A DNA stretch of 38,376 bases, from the IMG/VR virus record IMGVR_UViG_3300037524_000937, positions 1 to 38,376 of that record, one strand, 5' to 3'. Source of the DNA: a virus (Duplodnaviria; Caudoviricetes). The position numbers and the translations under genes were made by a program. Shown here one piece after another: positions 34,552 to 38,376 of the stretch; within the stretch, counting starts at the first letter, position 1; each line of letters begins with the position of its first letter. The notes below the pieces were generated by a model. It was not told the DNA's origin. It searched no databases and worked only from the letters and a program-made list of their open reading frames with translations.

Positions 34552-36036
34552 ATGCTCCTCCTCACCTCCACCTCCGACAAGCTGCAGCTCATAACGGGCT
34601 CTGCGGTCGCAGTCGACGTGCATGCGTCGTTCGTGGACAACGCGAGCGGCACCATCACTCCGGGGCGCCAAAACACCGCGATTACCACGGCCACGACCAC
34701 CGACGTCGTCGCTGCGCCTGGCTCCGGCACGCAGCGGAACGTCCAGACGCTGACCATCCGCAACAAGGGCCTATCGACCGACCACGTGCACGTGGTGCTC
34801 ACCGACGGGGCGACCGCGGCGGAGCTTTTCAGCGCGTCGCTCGCAGCGGGATCGTCTCTGCAGTTTCTCGACGGGGCGGGCTGGTCGGTGTTCGACTCCT
34901 CCGGATCGAAGGTGATTAAGGAGATCGCCGAGGAGTCCGTGATCGGGGCCGTCCCGATCGGCGGGATCATCATGTGGTCTGGAACGATCGCGGCGATCCC
35001 GGCCGACTACGCTTTCTGCAACGGCACCGACAACGCGCCCGGCCCGGATCTGCGCGACAAGTTCATCGTCGGCGCCAAGCAGGACGACAGCGGAGTCCCG
35101 AAGAGCAACATCGAAGGCTCGCTGAAGGCAACGGGCGGGGCAACCGGACACAGCCACTCGGGCCACGCTGGACTCAGCCACTCCGGCGGAGCGGTGGCCG
35201 ATCACACAGGCTTTACCCACGGCCTCACGATCGGAAACCACCCGGACTTGACGCACGCGGCACTCTCGCACCCGTCGATGCCGCTATCGCATGGCGACCA
35301 CGCTGTGGCGAGCCTGTATCACACGCATGCGGCGATCACGGTCACGCATGCCGACCACTCCGTGGCGTCGCAGAGCCACACCCATGCGGCGATCACGCTC
35401 ACGCACGATTCGCACTCGCTCGCATCGTTCACTGGATCGAATGCGGCGATTACCCTGACGCACGCAGACCACTCGCTCGCGTCGTTCTCCGGAACGGATG
35501 CGTCGGCAAGCGTCACCATTGCATCGCAGGCGGGCGTCGCGTCGTTTGCTTCGGGCACCAACCGATCCGGTGTCGTTAGCGTTACATCGAAGACTGGGTC
35601 GCTGCCCTCGCAAACGCACTCGCACGCGGCATCGACGGTCACGCATGCCGATCATTCGGTCGCGTCGGCGAGCCACACGCACGCGGCCTCGACGCTCACC
35701 CACGCCGACCACTCCGTGGCGTCTTTCAGCGGGACCGACGCGGCGGTCACCATCACGCATGCGGACCACAGCATCGCGAGCTTCAGCGGGACGCACGCGG
35801 CCTACACGCTCACGCACGGAGACCACTCGATCCCGTCTCTTTCGCATCAGGACATCGGAACGCACGCGGGGACGACCTACGGCGTGCACTCGGTGACGCT
35901 CGGAGCGGACCACGGCTCCGCCGGGACGGTCACGCATGCGTTCACCCAACCCGACGCGCACTCGATCTCGGCGCACGACACCGTGAGCAACGTGCCGAGT
36001 TATTACGCGCTCGCGTTCATCCAGAGGATGCAATGA
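34552..36036 (+). CDS. Fibre protein with collar domain and His-rich repeat needle
   Basis: Collar signature 'VPIGGIIMWSG...FCNG...PDLRDKFIVGA' and closing 'NVPSYYALAFIQR', enclosing 19-aa HxxH/HxH repeats. Confidence 0.8.
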   Translation: MLLLTSTSDKLQLITGSAVAVDVHASFVDNASGTITPGRQNTAITTATTTDVVAAPGSGTQRNVQTLTIRNKGLSTDHVHVVLTDGATAAELFSASLAAGSSLQFLDGAGWSVFDSSGSKVIKEIAEESVIGAVPIGGIIMWSGTIAAIPADYAFCNGTDNAPGPDLRDKFIVGAKQDDSGVPKSNIEGSLKATGGATGHSHSGHAGLSHSGGAVADHTGFTHGLTIGNHPDLTHAALSHPSMPLSHGDHAVASLYHTHAAITVTHADHSVASQSHTHAAITLTHDSHSLASFTGSNAAITLTHADHSLASFSGTDASASVTIASQAGVASFASGTNRSGVVSVTSKTGSLPSQTHSHAASTVTHADHSVASASHTHAASTLTHADHSVASFSGTDAAVTITHADHSIASFSGTHAAYTLTHGDHSIPSLSHQDIGTHAGTTYGVHSVTLGADHGSAGTVTHAFTQPDAHSISAHDTVSNVPSYYALAFIQRMQ

Positions 36037-36758
36037 CCGCGAGCCTCGGACGCGCCCTCGTGGCCTGCCCCACATACGCGGGCAAGGAATACGCCATCGA
36101 CCGCTGGGTAGAGATGTTCAACGCGCTCGACTACGAGGACAAGCGCGCCTACCAGGTGGACAACACCCGCGTCTCGACCGCGTACTACGAGCTCCTCCGC
36201 TCCAAGGGGATCGACGTCACCTACCTGCAGCCCTGGCCGGACTGGGACCGCACATTCCGCCGGTGCTGGGAGCTGATCCTCGAGCGCGCCCGCGCGATCG
36301 ACGCCTACTGGGTCTACTCGGTCGAAGCCGACAACATCCCGGCGCCCGAGTCCCTAAAGGTCATGGCCGAGATGGCGCTCTACGGCAACTGCCACCTCGT
36401 GACGCACGCCTACCCGATGCACAAAACGGCGGCGGACGCGAGCGGCATCCCCGAGAACGCCTGGTACTACCACGAGCTCGGCTGCATGCTCATGAGCCGC
36501 AGCCTGCTCGAAAAGGCGATCGAGGAGTTCGACGACTACGGAAACATCGCGGTCTCGATCTTTCGAACGTGCGACCGCTATATGGGCGGCTACATCAAGC
36601 TCACCAACCGCTTCGAGGTCGAGCACCTCGACGGGTACGAGATGTCGTTCCCGAACCTTGCTCCGTCCGACGTGCCGGGCCTCATCTGCCCGACGCCGAA
36701 AATGCCCGACGACTTCGGCACCGTGCTTCCGCCATCGCTCAGAAAGAGGGCCGCATGA
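36033..36758 (+). CDS. Glycosyltransferase-like protein (GT-A fold)
   Basis: 'ALVACPTY', 'VDNT', DxD-like 'VEADN', 'GCMLMSRSLLEK'. Confidence 0.65.
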   Translation: MTASLGRALVACPTYAGKEYAIDRWVEMFNALDYEDKRAYQVDNTRVSTAYYELLRSKGIDVTYLQPWPDWDRTFRRCWELILERARAIDAYWVYSVEADNIPAPESLKVMAEMALYGNCHLVTHAYPMHKTAADASGIPENAWYYHELGCMLMSRSLLEKAIEEFDDYGNIAVSIFRTCDRYMGGYIKLTNRFEVEHLDGYEMSFPNLAPSDVPGLICPTPKMPDDFGTVLPPSLRKRAA

Positions 36759-37249
36759 AACTCGACATCGGCGCAGGCCGGTTCAAGCGCGACGAGACCT
36801 ACCGGAGCGTCGACATCGCCGAGGGCGCCGACATCGTCGCGCCCATGTGGGAGATCCCGGTCGAGGACAACTCCGTCGAGGATCTCTACTCCTCGCACGC
36901 CCTCGAGCACGTGGAAATGACCAAGGTGCCCGCCACGCTCAAGGAGTGGCTGCGCATCATGAAGCCCGGCGCGCGCGGCGAGGTGATCGTCCCGAATTTC
37001 GACTACATCGCGCGCTACTGGCTCACCGGCCCGGATCGCGTCTGGGCCGAGCAGATGGTCTTCGGAAACCAGACGGAACCCGGCCAGGGCCACAAGTGCG
37101 CCTTCACCGCGGCGGTACTGCGCGGCGACCTCGAAGGCGTGGGCTTCGAGGTGAAGCGCGTCGAGGTGATCTGGTCGCACAACCAGGAGTCGCTCAAGGC
37201 GGTGTTTCGCAAGCCCGAGCGGCGGCCAGAAGGCGAGACCCTGCAATGA
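36755..37249 (+). CDS. Class I SAM-dependent methyltransferase
   Basis: 'KLDIGAG', 'DNSVEDLYSSHALEH', 'EWLRIMKPGA...VP'. ATG at 36755. Confidence 0.88.
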   Translation: MKLDIGAGRFKRDETYRSVDIAEGADIVAPMWEIPVEDNSVEDLYSSHALEHVEMTKVPATLKEWLRIMKPGARGEVIVPNFDYIARYWLTGPDRVWAEQMVFGNQTEPGQGHKCAFTAAVLRGDLEGVGFEVKRVEVIWSHNQESLKAVFRKPERRPEGETLQ

Positions 37250-37623
37250 ACTTCATCGCCGACCCGCTCTACAGGATCGAAGGCTGGTTCTCGCGGCTCC
37301 TGCGAGCCACCGGCTGGTTCGACAGCGAGCTCGGAGAGGGCGAGAGCGGGCCGGTGTTCGAGCTCGGCGCCACCGAGCTCCCGATCGCGGGGCGGGCGGC
37401 GCTCGAAGGCGACATCGAGGCCGAACGCGAGGCGGAGGCGCCCAGTTATGGCGGCGCCCTCGGCCGGCTGGTGTTTTCCAATCGGGTCGTGTTCGGGCTC
37501 GGAGCGGTGCGGCTCGCGATCGCGGGCGGCATGGCCGTCGCCGGGCAACTCGCCACCACGCGCGGCGGCAAGACGCGCCGCGCCCGCAACAACGAGACGT
37601 TCGTGCTCTTACTCGCCGGCTGA
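37246..37623 (+). CDS. Hypothetical protein with two LG-repeat units
   Basis: ATGA-coupled to the methyltransferase. 'FELGATELPIAGRAALEGDI' and 'FGLGAVRLAIAGGMAVAGQL'. Confidence 0.65.
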   Translation: MNFIADPLYRIEGWFSRLLRATGWFDSELGEGESGPVFELGATELPIAGRAALEGDIEAEREAEAPSYGGALGRLVFSNRVVFGLGAVRLAIAGGMAVAGQLATTRGGKTRRARNNETFVLLLAG

Positions 37624-37643
37624 CCGGAAAAAGGACCGACACC

Positions 37644-38348
37644 ATGCATCCAAAACAGATCCTCGCCCGCGCCGGCAAAGAGCCCGCCACCGGAGAAATG
37701 CTGCTCTACGGCGACATCGGCCCGGCCGAGTGGGGAATGATCGACGACAAAGCCTTCGCCGACGAGCTCAAGAAGCTCGGCGACGTGAAGACCATCCAGC
37801 TGCGCATCGACAGCGCGGGCGGAAGCGCCTTCACCGGCATCAGCATTTACAACCAGCTCCAGCGCCACCCGGCGCGCATCGAGGTGACGGTCGACGGCAT
37901 CGCCGCGAGCATTGCCTCGATCATCGCCATGGCGGGCGACACCATCACCATGGGCGAGGGCGCCCAGCTGATGATTCACGACGCCTCGACCATTTCTTGG
38001 GGCAACGCCGCCGAGATGGAGCGCACCGCGGTGCTCCTGAATTCCATCTCGGGCGAGCTCGCCAAGATCTACGCGCGCCGCTCGGGCCGGCACGAGGCCG
38101 AATTTCGCACCCTCATGCGCGCCGAGACCTGGTTCACCGCCGACGAGGCCGTCGCCGCTCAGCTCGCCGACCGCGTCTCGCACGAGATCCATGCGGCGGC
38201 GTATCTCGACAAGCACATCGCAGCACGCTTCCGGCACACGCCGAAGGCGCTTTTGACCCCGCGGGAGACGGTGGACAACGCCGCCGCCCGCGCCAGCGTT
38301 TCAACCATGGCCGCAAGGGCGGCCCTGCTACGGAGACCCATGAAATGA
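37644..38348 (+). CDS. ClpP-like head maturation protease
   Basis: 'LYGDIG', Ser motif 'GIAASIAS', 'DSAGG', His 'MIHDA', 'AETWFTADEAV'. Confidence 0.93.
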   Translation: MHPKQILARAGKEPATGEMLLYGDIGPAEWGMIDDKAFADELKKLGDVKTIQLRIDSAGGSAFTGISIYNQLQRHPARIEVTVDGIAASIASIIAMAGDTITMGEGAQLMIHDASTISWGNAAEMERTAVLLNSISGELAKIYARRSGRHEAEFRTLMRAETWFTADEAVAAQLADRVSHEIHAAAYLDKHIAARFRHTPKALLTPRETVDNAAARASVSTMAARAALLRRPMK

Positions 38349-38376
38349 AACAGGACCGCATCGAAGAGCTCAAGGC
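38250..38376. repeat. Terminal direct repeat, right copy (circularity overlap)
   Basis: Exact copy of 1-127. 127 is a commonly used assembly k-mer length. Confidence 0.97.

Larger units (their letters stand above)
1..38376. mobile_element. Complete temperate siphovirus genome (HK97-type head), circular form
   Basis: Terminases, portal, protease, capsid, tail module, integrase with attP, cI/cro and replicase are all present. No host chromosomal genes were seen. Confidence 0.95.

Noticed and set aside
35290-35840. CRISPR-like array
   Set aside because: The 57-nt periodicity is degenerate at synonymous positions and in frame. It is a protein repeat with no unique spacers.
36755-37249. DNA methyltransferase
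   Set aside because: It lacks DPPY/NPPY or PC catalytic motifs and resembles small-molecule or glycan class I methyltransferases.
38250-38376. Biological terminal repeat
   Set aside because: Exactly 127 bp and located inside coding sequence. HNH plus P27 TerS suggest cos packaging, so it is best explained as assembly overlap.

Overview
The window is a complete, circular, GC-rich temperate siphovirus genome with an HK97-type head and a non-contractile tail. Bases 1-127 are identical to 38250-38376, which is most likely an assembler overlap and gives a 38,249-bp circle. An attP with a tRNA-Thr(CGT) 3' half and integrase arm sites is intact, so this is the excised or virion form. Gene order: HNH, TerS, TerL, portal, [accessory block A], ClpP-type protease, major capsid, [accessory block B], head-tail joining genes, tail tube, tail chaperone with -1 frameshift, tape measure, tail tip, fibre, holin-like genes, attP, integrase and early-left operon, cI/cro switch, primase-polymerase/helicase, putative origin and late promoter. 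The most unusual part is about 10 kb of extra, apparently virion-related genes in the head module. Block A follows a portal with a long repeat extension and encodes a His-rich metal-needle fibre, a GT-A glycosyltransferase-like protein, a SAM methyltransferase and a small repeat protein. Block B encodes several small beta-rich proteins, a 1230-aa multidomain protein with a polysaccharide-lyase-like region, an FN3 protein, and a protein sharing a repeat motif with block A. No endolysin is recognisable. All family assignments are from motif recognition by eye, not database searches.
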